From Eledone cirrhosa (lineage: Eukaryota), in NCBI GenBank assembly GCA_964016885.1, contig OZ024741.1, positions 83,886,001 to 83,950,000 of the forward strand: a DNA stretch of 64,000 nucleotides, read 5' to 3'. A model generated the notes under the pieces. It saw only the letters and a list, made by a program, of their open reading frames with translations. It searched no databases and was not told the DNA's origin. This document shows, in pieces, positions 12,859 through 27,406 of this stretch. The stretch's first letter is position 1. Every line of letters begins with the position of its first letter. Both the position numbers and the translations under genes were made by a program.

Positions 12859-13852
12859 CACGATCTATACGTGGATATTTTACGTCTTGATGTGGGAGCT
12901 AAGTATATGTTTTGTTTATTCCTTTACGTATTTGCATAGGTAAGTATATATTACCCGTATGTTTTGTGAAGGTATGTATACCTTCTCGTACGTATATTTG
13001 ACTGTTATAGCGTATAATTTTTACATATTCTGGTATTTAGGGTTTGGCTACGTGTATGCGGGAGTTTTGCGTCCGCGTGAGTGTGCAGGTTCGTACGTAT
13101 GGTGGGTGTGTGTATATGTGTACTTCTTGTTTTAGTTGACTTACGTCTCCGAACATTCGTGTATTTATATGTAGGTATGCGTGTGCGCTTGTTATATACG
13201 TATTTATTTACCTATATACGTTAATATAATTATTTATTTATTTGTACACAAGCATACACACACACACATATTTATATGTGCGTGGTTTTGTATACCCATG
13301 GTAAGGTTTTGCGTATGCTTGTATATGTACGTATCTGTTTGCGTGTATGTATTTATTTGTTCCTATTACTTCTGTATTGTATTTATTTACTTTGTTCTTA
13401 ACTCTGTAGCGGAGATTCATTTGGTCTCCTAGTTAGAATTTTAGTCTACGATTTCTGCTATACCATTTACGTGGTTTTGTCTTTGCGTGCTTTGTTCTCC
13501 ACGCTCCACATATGACTTATTATCTTCGTTTTTTCGTTCATTGCCAGAGAACGTCTCTATGCACCACCTAAGAGAACATTAGTCTACGACCTCTTTTATA
13601 CCATAAACGTGGTTTAGCCTTTGCGCGTAATTGTTTTTCACCGCTCCTATTAATGACGTATTATTCGTTTTTTCCCGTTCTTTGCCAGCGAACGTTACCA
13701 CGAACCAAAGTATCGTCTTCCTGTCTTCCTCCGGTTGCAACGTTTTTTGAAATATCCAGTTCTGCGTTTACAGATTGACTTTGTTAGTTTCAGAAGATCC
13801 CGTTAAGGGTGAAAGCAGCGATTCTTTGCTTAAACTTTAATCTGTTATTTTA

Positions 13853-13946
<94 letters not shown>

Positions 13947-13950
<4 letters not shown>

Positions 13951-14378
13951 TAATTCAAAATATTAACAAAATAGATATTCTTGTGATCAAGTATATTTTA
14001 TTATACATATTTCAGAGGTACTGAGTTAAGTTCAACAGTACGTCCTCATCAGATAAAATAAGATGATACATGACATACCCTGACATAGTAGATGGTTAAG
14101 ATTCAGTCATGGTAGTATGACCATGACTGAATCTTAACCATCTACTATGTCAGTGTATGTCATGTATCATCTTATTTTATCTGATGAGGACGTACTGTTG
14201 AACTTAACTCAGTACCTCTGAAATATGTATAATAAAATATACTTGATCACAAGAATATCTATTTTGTTAATATTTTGAATTAATATTAATAACTCTGGAA
14301 AACCATTTAACTGTTGAGTGCTTCCAATCTATTGTAAAATTCATTCTTTGATTTATTCATTGAACCTTGTTTAACTTT

Positions 14379-14380
<2 letters not shown>
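13947..14380 (+). mobile_element. Solo PLE pLTR with 167-bp foldback (arms 13947-14113 / 14120-14286)
   Basis: Near-perfect palindrome with a 6-nt loop and an HHR in each arm, flanked by (TA)n; related sequence at 39971-40478. Confidence 0.8.
14173..14239 (+). ncRNA. Type I hammerhead ribozyme (mirror copy 13994-14060 on minus)
   Basis: TATTTTAT-CTGATGA-stem II (GTACTG..CAGTAC)-GAAA-TATGTA-TA-ATAAAATA. Confidence 0.8.
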
Positions 14381-14417
<37 letters not shown>

Positions 14418-14479
14418 GAGCGATATCCTAGCCACTTTCTTGTTGCTTCATCGCATAGAACGAGTCCACATAAAAGTAC

Positions 14480-14511
<32 letters not shown>

Positions 14512-14589
14512 CTTCTTCTTCTTCTTCTTCTTCTTCTTCTTCTTCTTCTTCTTCTTCTTCTTCTTCTTCTTCTTCTTCTTCTTCTTCTT
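14480..14589. repeat. (CTT)n microsatellite (another at about 17412-17532)
   Basis: Direct reading. Confidence 0.95.
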
Positions 14590-14651
14590 TATTTATTTAT
14601 CTTCCTTTCTTTTCCTCTCTCTCACTCCCACTCTCTCTTCCTATGTAAGTA

Positions 14652-14718
<67 letters not shown>

Positions 14719-15123
14719 TCCAAGTAACATACCAGCAGCAGATTAATTGCGACTAATACGAGTTTGACGTGTTCCATTATTGTCCAGGCAACATCTGTAG
14801 TCTATATTATTAAATAAAATATATATAGGAAATTTGTCAGTTCCATCAATATTGTTGCAGCGTTTAATACCTCATTAGACCATTCCCCTCACACTGACCC
14901 AGTGAATTTGTCTCCATTTCTCTTCCCCATCCAATGAATAATTATATTCCTGCACCCATTGATCAAAGGCGATATTCTTTATAGAGAAACCTTTTACTTT
15001 TCAAGACTTCTGTGCCAACTGTTAAGGGAAAGTATTCTACAGACAATTGTCTTGACAGCTTCCTAGGAAAATTATTCTTAGATGAACGCGAAACTAATAT
15101 TATAAATAGGAATATTTATAGGT

Positions 15124-15178
<55 letters not shown>

Positions 15179-15182
15179 TATA

Positions 15183-15302
<120 letters not shown>

Positions 15303-16063
15303 GCATATATATATATATATATATATGCATACAGAATTAGTATATCTACCAACATATATATACAGATGCATACCTATGCTAGAAAATATATAGGTTTTAT
15401 CTTAGTCACTTTGTGGTTCAATGCAAGGGGATGCAGAACAATTATATGAAAGACGTAAAATAAGAAAATTATAAAAATTAACTTACTTACTAAAGTTTCA
15501 CTCCAACTAATTAATTTCTGAAAAGGAATAAACATGGTTTCCAAATGGAAAGCATGGAGAAGCCGTTTCGTCATCAGGAAGTCTGTGCTCAGCTAAGTTA
15601 CCAGGCGATGCGTGGACTCAGGGAACTTATACAATAATAATTCAGTGGATGGAAAAAAGCAAGCGTGGACTAAATTGAAAAAATCACTGCCTACTTGGTC
15701 TGTGGCAAATTCAAAAGAATCAATCACGTGACATCGAGGTTAATCAGTGAGGAGTGGGGTGTTAAAAAGACAGTAGCCCTATAAATGTATACGTGTGCGT
15801 GCATGTGTTTGTATGTGTAAAAGTTAAACAGAAATAATAAACCAAGCGACACAGTCTATTGAAGAGGTATACTAGTTTAACGCTTGAAATAGCAGGAAAA
15901 GTGTCTTCCCCTTTCGACACTACAATTTATCCGTAGATAGAGTTAGAAATGAAATGTAAAATAGATAGATAAAGAGTGAATAGTGAAAGGAACAGGAAAT
16001 ATAAGAACAAATAGGGAAAAAACACATGCATATTCAGTCAGCTACTCTGGAGCTATATATACA

Positions 16064-16410
16064 TCTACTATATAAATGGCAATTTGTGTGTAACCAGTTG
16101 GCGCCTACGCCAGTGATCCGATCCTTTTGAAACTTTACACGCATGTTAAGCTCATATTCAGAAATAGGACTGGCTAATTGGATTTCAATAAAAATCAATA
16201 AGAGAACCCCTGAGGATATCTTTACAATGGAGGAGCAAAGAGAAGACGTTTCAGCGAGAGAGGGCGAAGAGGAGATACTACTACTGTATGTTAAACCCTC
16301 CCTCTCACTACTCCCCTTCCTGCCCCCCACAACTCAGTCCTCCAAAACGAGGCAACAACGTATTAAAAATATACATAAAGAAAGTTCAAACAAAGCCGAC
16401 GACAATCTAA
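16064..16410 (+). mobile_element. Possible non-autonomous Helitron/HINE fragment
   Basis: Starts A|TCTACTATATAAA followed by CCGATCCTTTTGAAACTTT, resembling such 5' ends; the 3' end is not clear. Confidence 0.3.
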
Positions 16411-16436
16411 TTTTGGTTGACGACTGAACAGATGTC

Positions 16437-16493
<57 letters not shown>

Positions 16494-17691
16494 CACATCC
16501 ACTGATATTGAATCTGAACACGTGCACGCGCTTAGGTCAACTGCAGGAATCTGTGATGAGTTAACAAATGTGTGATGATCAACCATGAGAATAGTCCGAA
16601 TAAAATCCAAATAGTATGTTGATGAATATTCGTACTCCCGGCATGTTAATTGTAACATGCCGTCTATGAGATTAAAGTTTATTTTGTCGCTATTTCGAAG
16701 TGTCGAATCGTGGGAAGATTAACACGAATTAAGAGGATGTAACTGCTCCCCCATTATTGACACTTTGCGACAGTGAACGCTGCAAGGCCCTTTTTAGGGT
16801 CAATACTTTTGATTGTTTATCCACTTATTATAGTGTGTTTTCTGGGGTTATGTCTACTATAAGGGAAAGACGAGATGGTTTTATTGAATTGCTTCAGTCA
16901 TTCTAAGGGCTTTACAAACGGTGATATACAGAGTGCTTGAACAGTACCGGAATATGTTCACTCGGTTATAATTTCTTCAATAATTGTGATCACTTCCTCA
17001 ATTGTTCTGTGTTTCTTCTTGAGCGCTAAGGCAGTAAGTTTGCTGTTCTTATACATAAGTTGGTTGAATAAATTCGATATTCTTCGTGCTCAAAGTTCCC
17101 GGGTTTATTCACTCTGAATTCAGAAAGCTGGATGGAAGAACTAATGACTTAAACAGCTTTTGATAGACGCACGCAAAAAATTGATCTACCATAAACACAC
17201 CAAGCAAAGGTTGCTATTGAAAATCCAATATGGGGCCCCAAGGTTGCTAGCATTTCAGGCACAGTCTGGGAACTTCGAATTACCCCAACTTTCCCGGGTA
17301 TTACCTTGTACTGCAGCTAGTATATATATATAGGGAAAGGTGGGGTTATTCGAAGTTCCCAGACTGTGCCTAAAAATGCTAGCATATATGTATATATACA
17401 CATATATATATTTCTTCTTCTTCTTCTTCTTCTTCTTCTTCTTCTTCTTCTTCTTCTTCTTCTTCTTCTTCTTCTTCTTCTTCTTCTTCTTCTTCTTCTT
17501 CTTCTTCTTCTTCTTCTTCTTCTTCTTCTTCTCCGTCCACTTACTCCTCAAATGATAGTGGGAACAGGGTCCTAGTACAGTCCTTCCACTATCTTTATCA
17601 AATAAATGAGGCAATCTGGAATATATATTTGTATGGTATGTCTGTTCTTATGTCTACCCTGTTTATATACTACCAATACAGATTCTAACGT

Positions 17692-17819
17692 CATTGTTTC
17701 CGAAGAAGATGGTATGATCGAACCTATATATTATGTCTGATAGTATACAATTCTCTAACGGCTATAGATCAGTCAATATATCAACATGATCAACCCTCCG
17801 AAACGATCGTAAAACAATG
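17692..17819 (+). ncRNA. Type I hammerhead-like motif with long stem II and CCGAAGA core
   Basis: Stem I CATTGTTT/AAACAATG; GAAA-CGATCG-TA palindromic stem III; ~90-nt stem II; degenerate relative at 42385-42519. Confidence 0.65.
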
Positions 17820-17878
17820 GAAGGAATATGTAATATAACGTGCCTTTGTTATTATTATCATTGTTAAGATACTATCGA

Positions 17879-19873
<1,995 letters not shown>

Positions 19874-20095
19874 GGAAGTGTGGTAAGGAACCAGATGGAC
19901 CATAATGCACCAGAGTACTCAATACTTAGGATGGTAGAGTGGGTAATAGGAAAAGTTGAAGACCCCGACGGCAGAGCTCAAGCCATTTCGACGGCTATTT
20001 CTGGACGCCGAAACGGCTTCAGCTCTGCTGTCGGGGTCATACATTTTCATTCTCCTATTACCCACTCTACTATCTGGTTCCTTACCACAACTCCT
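19874..20095. repeat. ~220-bp imperfect foldback, probably a PLE pLTR end or MITE-like element
   Basis: TGTGGTAAGGAACCAGAT...ATCTGGTTCCTTACCACA and GACCCCGACGGCAGAGCT...AGCTCTGCTGTCGGGGTC; related to 52510-52575. Confidence 0.7.
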
Positions 20096-20099
20096 TCGT

Positions 20100-20158
<59 letters not shown>

Positions 20159-20831
20159 GTATGTATCCAGTAACCGCAAATCCATAGGGGCACAGTTATA
20201 AACTGAAGTCTGCAAACATTCCTTTGTGTGATGTGCGCAAAAGTTTTTTTAACCTACAAAATATAAACATAAAGTAATACTTTTGGCCATGTACACATGT
20301 ACGCTTTAACTGTAGTCTGTCTAGGATAAGATATTAAAATCTCGTAATAAAACTTTGACAGCTGGACTTTAACATTTGTACTGTTTATCGGTATTTTACG
20401 ATAGATACTGAATCCTGTTAAGGAATTATGATTCGATATTTTTAACACCTTGTAGGAAATATGTGACGATTTTATTATTTTATTGACGTGATACTGATTT
20501 TGAGCTGAAACAACCGTAACTTATAAAGGATATGAATGTCCCTAATCATGCATTTTTGTTGTCGTTGTTTTTTTGGTATTCTTTATAGGCTTTTTTAACA
20601 TTCCATTCTCATATGTGGTCTGTCATGACCACAGGATCGTAATGCAAAAAAGCAACACGCAAAGATTGATGGATTAATGGATGGATGCTTTTATGCATAT
20701 ATGCATATTTGCACATATGTATAAATGAAAGGATGAATGGATGGATAATGACTGTGTTTATGCATGTATGATGTACGTGTGTATGAAGGGATTGATATGC
20801 CTATTATGAATGTTCGTGTGCATATATGTCT

Positions 20832-21385
20832 CAGAAAGATGCTCGGTATCAAGTGGCAGATGCAGGTGAATGATGTTGAGGACCTTGAGAGAAGTGACTG
20901 TCGGGGGATTGAGAGTATCGTCTACTAACGGCATTTGCAGAATGGAGGATGATCGAATCGCAAAACAACTTTTGTATGGCGAGATTTTTAAGTGTAACAG
21001 ACCACCTCACAAGCCAAGGCTCCGATTCAAGGATTGTGTAAAGGACTGATTTTTAAAAAATGGTTTGATAGATGCTCTTGAATGGGAGATAGATGCTCTT
21101 GAAAGAGAGAGATGGCGCGGAATGGTGAATGATAGGGTCCATAATTTTGAGGACAGGCGCATAGAGCACGAGAAGGTCAAACGGGATGTGCGTAGGCAAT
21201 GCCCTAGTGTATCTCTCGAAACAATCGGTGTCTCCATTGAATTGATGTGCCCTGAGTGTGGAAATATTTCCTTGAGAAAATCTAGTCTCAGGAGCCACAG
21301 TCACAGCCATGTTCAAAGAGAACCAGTGAACTATCATCTCACCGTATTCTGAAGGTTCACAAGCAACTGGAGGCCAAGGAGATCC
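20832..21385 (+). mobile_element. RTE (BovB-like) LINE 3' remnant
   Basis: RKMLGIKWQ, RMEDDRIAKQLLYGE, KPRLRFKD and a C-terminal C2H2 CPECG..RSHSHSH; stops present. Confidence 0.8.
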
Positions 21386-22324
21386 ATAGTTGTTGTCAAT
21401 ATGCAAAGGAGTGCAAGTCTCTAGCAAGCATGAAAAGCCATATCCGAGCGTCACACATCTGAATCTGGAAAGCGATTGCAATACTCTTAGCAAGTTTTGC
21501 AGCCATCATTTGTATATTTACGTATGCAAGTATTTGTATATTTATGTATGCATGTATGTATGTATTTCTATATTTTTGAATTCATGTATTTATTAATATA
21601 TATTATTAATATATGTATGCATGTATGTAAGATTATATGTATTATGTACGCATGTATATAAGTATGTATGCATATAGGTAGGTGTGTATCTATTTGTATA
21701 TTTATGTATGTATGTATGTATGCATATACAAGAATTAGTGTGCTGCTGAATACTACTTCCGCATCTATATAGCTTTGGATCCCATTGTATCGTTCATTGG
21801 GTAATGGTTTTACTGTAACCTCGTATCAGCCTTCTGACTGTAGTATATATATGACGCTAACACGCCACCATTTCTCGATAATCTGCAGTTTCTTTTCGTG
21901 TGCATCGCTCTCTCCCTCATTTCTTCTTTATCCTCTCTTTGTCTATTTATCTTCACTCTTTCCTTAGTTCCCTCACTCTCATTATCACATCTTTACTCTG
22001 TAACCCCTCCTTCTGTCAATTATCTCTCAACTTCTATTTCATTCTGCAACTCGCCCACTTTCATATCAGGTAAACCACACAATTCTTCTGTGTTTATAAG
22101 TTTCTCAAGGTTAACAACTTTTAATTTTCCATGCTAAATTCCTTTTAGTCATATTTTTTAAATGTACTTTCCTATTTTTCGTCGAAAATGTCGCCTTCAT
22201 TCGTTGTTTTGTTATCGTATCATATACATCATCCCAACAGAGTAGTTTTTCAGTCTGTTGCGCAAACAGGAATATCAAGTGCAAATACCAGCTTCGTATC
22301 CAAAGTTGTATGACAGCGATATAC

Positions 22325-22411
<87 letters not shown>

Positions 22412-22413
22412 TA

Positions 22414-22985
22414 TAGGTACGTTATTCCGGGTTTAATCGGAGGTAACCACAGTAAGTGAGGTACTCAATACTTAGCAGAGTATAAAGGTTTTAAAATATA
22501 GATGAGTTTCTGCAGGACTAGAACTGTTTCATTCTTTAGAAATCATCAGGAATCTGACTTTCCAAAAATAAATGTTGTGATATTTATATCGTTTCAGGTG
22601 GTAGGAGAGGGTGAGTAGTGGGATGGGTGAAGGTCATTGGTTGAAAGTTAAGGGAATTCATTAAAAGCTTATTCTTTAAGTCTATAGTTTATATTTAGAG
22701 TAACAAAGACAGAAAGGATTCTATAAACAAGTTCAGAATGGGATGCCACTCCTTATTCTTAAGTTTCGCTTAAGCTAACAATGCCTATATTTCAGGTGTC
22801 TATAAGATGGTTGGAGGTCGGTCATGGTTGATGGATTTAAAGAAAAGGGAGATTCTTTAAAAGCTAATTCTTTAAAGCTCTACTTAGAGTGACAAAGACC
22901 AAGAGAATTCTATAAACCAGTTCAAAATATCGGGTGCCTATCATATCATTATTGTTATATTTCTCTTAAGCTATATTCCAGGTGT
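22414..22985 (-). mobile_element. PLE pLTR fragment (family of 34084-34592) with degenerate HHR at 22505-22555
   Basis: Reverse complement matches 34330-34592; cleavage triplet mutated to GCA. Confidence 0.75.
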
Positions 22986-23124
22986 CAACAGACACATTCA
23001 TACACACACACACACACACAGACACACACACACACATATATATATAAATATATATATACACACATATATACACACACATATATATATATAAATATATATA
23101 CATATATATATATACATATATATG

Positions 23125-23171
<47 letters not shown>

Positions 23172-23192
23172 GTATATATATTTATATATATA

Positions 23193-23225
<33 letters not shown>

Positions 23226-23476
23226 GTGGGTATGTCTGTATATACATATATATATATATACACAGAGATATCCACGGTATGTTGTGGGGTCCACATACAC
23301 ACACACACAGACATACATGCATATATATATATATATATATACATATACATACAAACCCACATATATATATATATATATATGTATATGTGGGTATGTATGT
23401 ATATACATATACATATACACAGAGATATCCACGGTATGTTGTGGGGTCCACATACACACACACACAAACATACATG

Positions 23477-23544
<68 letters not shown>

Positions 23545-23546
<2 letters not shown>

Positions 23547-24932
23547 AAAAAATGGGGAGAAGAATACTGCATGTTTGCACATGGATAACATGTTATAAAA
23601 TGAGTCCCTCATCAGTGATTTACCAACGGTCATAGGTATTTCATTGCATTAAAAATCATATACCTCACGTTGGCGCAATAATAACTAAAATAAGTTATTA
23701 GGACAATTAAAACGCGTAAAGCGAGTGAGACAAGTAAACAACACAGAGGAAAGCTAACCGAAGATAGGAAAGACACAAGCTACATAGTTATTCTATCAGT
23801 ATAAGCTGGGTGAATATATGAACGAGTAGAAAATAGACCTTTCGAGATGAATCCAATGTAAGAAAGAAGGAAAATCGTTAACATCGCGAACGGGGTGAAG
23901 TGAGAAGGGGAGAAACAGTGAGTGAGTGAGTAGAAGTGTGAGGAAGAGGTCAGTAGAGAGAAAGTGTTAACTGACATGACAGAGGGGACGAAAGAAAGTA
24001 AGAGAAACAGAGAGAACGAGGAAGCAGTAAGAGAGAGAGGGAGAGAAAAACAGAATCGCAGTTTAGGTAAATATATGTGTAAAAATGGGGAGAAGAATAC
24101 TGCATGGTTGCACATGGATAACATGTTATAAAAGGAGTCCCTCATCAGTGATTTACCAACGGTCATATGTATTTCATTGCATTAAATATCATATACCTCA
24201 CGTTGGTGCAATAATAACTAAAATAAGTTATTAGGACAATTAAAACGCGTAAAGCGAGTGAGACAAGTAAACAACACAGAGGAAAGCTAACCGAAGATAG
24301 GAAACACACAAGCTACATTGTTATTCTATCAGTATAAGCTGGGTGAATATATGAGCGAGTAGAAAATAGAACTTTCGAGATGAATCCAATGTAAGAAAGA
24401 AGGAAAATCGTTAACATCGCGAACGGGGGGAAGTGAGAAGGGGAGTAACAGTGAGTGAGTGAGTAGAAGTGTGAGGAAGCGGTCAGTAGAGAGAAAGTGT
24501 TAACTGACATGACAGAGGGGACGAAAGAATGTAAGAGAAACAGAGAGAACGAGGGAGCAGTAAGAGAGAGAGAAAAACAGAATCGCAGTTTAGGTAAATA
24601 TATGTGAAAAAATGGGGAGAAGAATACTGCATGGTTGCACATGGATAACATGTTATAAAATGAGTCCCTCATCAGTGATTTACCAACGGTCACAGGTATT
24701 TCATTGCATTAAAAATCATATACCTCACGTTGGCGCAATAATAACTAAAATATGTTATTAGGACAATTAAAACGCGTAAAGCGAGTGAGAAAAGTAAACA
24801 ACACAGAGGAAAGCTAACCAAAGATAGGAAAGACACAAGCAACATAGTTATTCTATCAGTATAAGCTGGGTGAATATATGAGCGAGTAGAAAATAATAAC
24901 TAAAATAAGTTATTAGGACAATTAAAACGCGT
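23545..24932. repeat. Tandem repeat, ~530-bp unit x ~2.6
   Basis: AAAAATGGGGAGAAGAATACTGCATG recurs near 23548, 24081 and 24608. Confidence 0.9.
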
Positions 24933-24941
24933 ATATATATA

Positions 24942-24989
<48 letters not shown>

Positions 24990-24994
<5 letters not shown>

Positions 24995-26182
24995 ATACTT
25001 TGGTAGGGTCATGTTGCCAATAAGAAACACACGCGCCAATTGCTTTCACTTCAGTTTATTATATATTTTTAAATTTACAAGTTTATAAATTTATAAATTT
25101 CTGGTTGGTTGGTTGGTTCCACAACCAGATAGTTGTTTATATATAGTCATAGTCCTTTCGTCACACACTCTGTGACCTCTTCAGTGACTGGGGATTCCTT
25201 TCATTGTTTCTGTGCCTCTCCTTTGTTCTGTCCTACGCCATTTTGTTTCTGTGTGTGTGTTGTGTGCTCAGTCTGCGCATGCGCCACGTCTGGGTGTCTG
25301 TGTGTGTTTATGTTCATTTATCTATTTGTTTATTTGTTTATTTATTTACATGTTACTGGTTGGTTGTTTGTTCTATGTGCGTGTGTGTTTTCACTTTGTC
25401 CTTAATTGTAAGTTGTGATGTTGCTATTCCACTCATATTTTCTATTTAAATTTGGTTGTAATTCTTTTATGTTTATTGCCTCTGTAATTTGTCTAAACAT
25501 TGCATCTTTTCGGTGTGTAGATTCTATTTTTATTTCTATGTTCTCTAATTTACCCTTGTGTTCTATCTTAGCATGTTGGTAGAGTACAGATGATTCTTTA
25601 TTATCTTGAAGGTCTCGCCAGTGTTCATTTATCCGTTCCCCTATACTACCAGCTGTCTCACCTATGTACACTATATTTTTGTCTCTACATTGTCCTTCAG
25701 TACATCTTATGCTATACACTACATTTCTAGTTTTACAGTTAATATGGGGGCTTATTTTACAGGTTATACATTTCTTATCTATACATGAGGGTCTTTGAAA
25801 AGGGTATGTCTTGCTAATAAGTGTTTTTACGGAGGTACCTGGTCTTTCTACTATCTTAGTATTGAGTTTATGTTTATTTAGGGCCCTTCTAAATTTGTAG
25901 GCTAGTTCGCCTCTAGGGGTTGTATCGATGAACATTACACTCTGGTATTTATTGCTATCATACCATGAGTTTATTCTATTAGCCTTGTTCCTAGTTCTTT
26001 CTATTCTATTCCAAAATGTGCTCCTATACAAGGGGCAGGTCCCATTTATGTCATTATTTACCATGTTTTCCTATTTGGTTCTGACTCCTCTATACACTCT
26101 GATTCTATCTCTCTGATTGTAGCCAGAGAATTGCATACGGTGGATGAAGTGTTGTATGTGTCTCTCTAGTTCTTCGGGGTTG
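24990..26182 (-). mobile_element. 5'-truncated PLE (non-Naiad) with GIY-YIG ORF 25402-26064 and pLTR
   Basis: C..C..C..NVVYSIRC..YIGET..ERINEH..RQITEA..LNRKYE; HHR at 25145-25189; second copy at 60662-61960. Confidence 0.85.
25145..25189 (-). ncRNA. Minimal type I hammerhead ribozyme in PLE pLTR
   Basis: AGTCA-CTGAAGA-gGTCAC..GTGAC-GAAA-GGAC-TA-TGACT. Confidence 0.75.
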
Positions 26183-26274
26183 CACATATACATATATATA
26201 TATACACACATAAACACACACTTACACAAATATATATACACATATATACATATACACATATACATACACACATT

Positions 26275-26369
<95 letters not shown>

Positions 26370-26502
26370 GTATCCACATACATATATATATATATGTGTA
26401 TGGATGAAACATTGTTAGCTAATAAAACTAGCTATTTATAAGCAGTTTGGGGTTATCCCTATAACTATATATATATATACATACATATACATATATACAT
26501 AT

Positions 26503-26575
<73 letters not shown>

Positions 26576-26579
26576 AACA

Positions 26580-27352
26580 TACACAAACATGCCCATATGC
26601 AAGTACATGTGAACGCACCTACACACAGCGATATGCATACAAACGAACGGCCACTCATACAAATACATACAGACATGTACTCAGAAACATACGCATATAC
26701 ACAGGGACATAAAAACAGCTCTACAAGCAGAATATGCAGATAGGTAAGAGGTACTTACATAACCATTGTGCCGTGTTTCAGGTTGAGGAGGGATAAGGAT
26801 GGGTGGTAAGGATGTAGAGGGTCTATTTTGTCGGCTGGCGTTTAAAAAAGAAGGGGAAGTCATTTTAGCCATCGGGTATTGAGACTGGCTTAAGGTATTT
26901 GAAAGTTGCAAAGTTTTTGTGCATGCAGTTCGGGCAGTGTTCAGAGAGTTTGAACAGTAGCGGGTGCTTGGCGAATAAAATTTCGTAGCTCTCTGAGACA
27001 CAAAGGTCGCAGCACTTGTGTCCTCCGTTGTATGGGCGCGCTTAGTGGAGTATTTTCCATTTAAGCGTGAAGGGGGTGGAGTCCTTTTGAGGTCCCAAAC
27101 ATAGGAGGCGAGTCTGGTTTGATTTGTCCGGTCTTCTAAAGGAGTGGGTATGGGCATACCAACAGGTCTTAAAGTTATAGGCAGTCATGCCGATGTAAGT
27201 CTTTTTGTTGTTGCAATCATCGGTGCCTGAGATGAGATCGCATTTGTATACGATAAATACCACAACATTTATTTTTGGAAAGCCAGATTCCTGATGATTT
27301 TTAAAGAATGAAACAGTTCTACTCCTGTAGAATCTCATCTATATTTTAAAAC

Positions 27353-27356
<4 letters not shown>
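26580..27356 (-). mobile_element. Truncated Naiad PLE (GIY-YIG remnant ~26880-27255) with 5' inverted pLTR piece carrying an HHR (27285-27335, +)
   Basis: VYKCD..YIGMT..FK..HTHSF..LASYVWDLK..WKIL..CDLC; the adjacent segment matches 34425-34520. Confidence 0.75.

Positions 27357-27403
<47 letters not shown>

Positions 27404-27406
<3 letters not shown>

Larger units (their letters stand above)
7666..13860 (-). mobile_element. Near full-length Naiad-type Penelope-like element with tandem pLTRs and an inverted 3' copy, inserted in (TA)n
   Basis: Direct repeat 7666-8708 = 11134-12174; ORF 11091-8755; 12175-13860 is the reverse complement of 7753-9438; (TA)n on both flanks. Confidence 0.92.

Noticed and set aside
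15485-15585. Minus-strand CTGATGA...GAAA hammerhead candidate
   Set aside because: I could not form a convincing stem I and stem II with either GAAA; at best a degenerate pLTR relic
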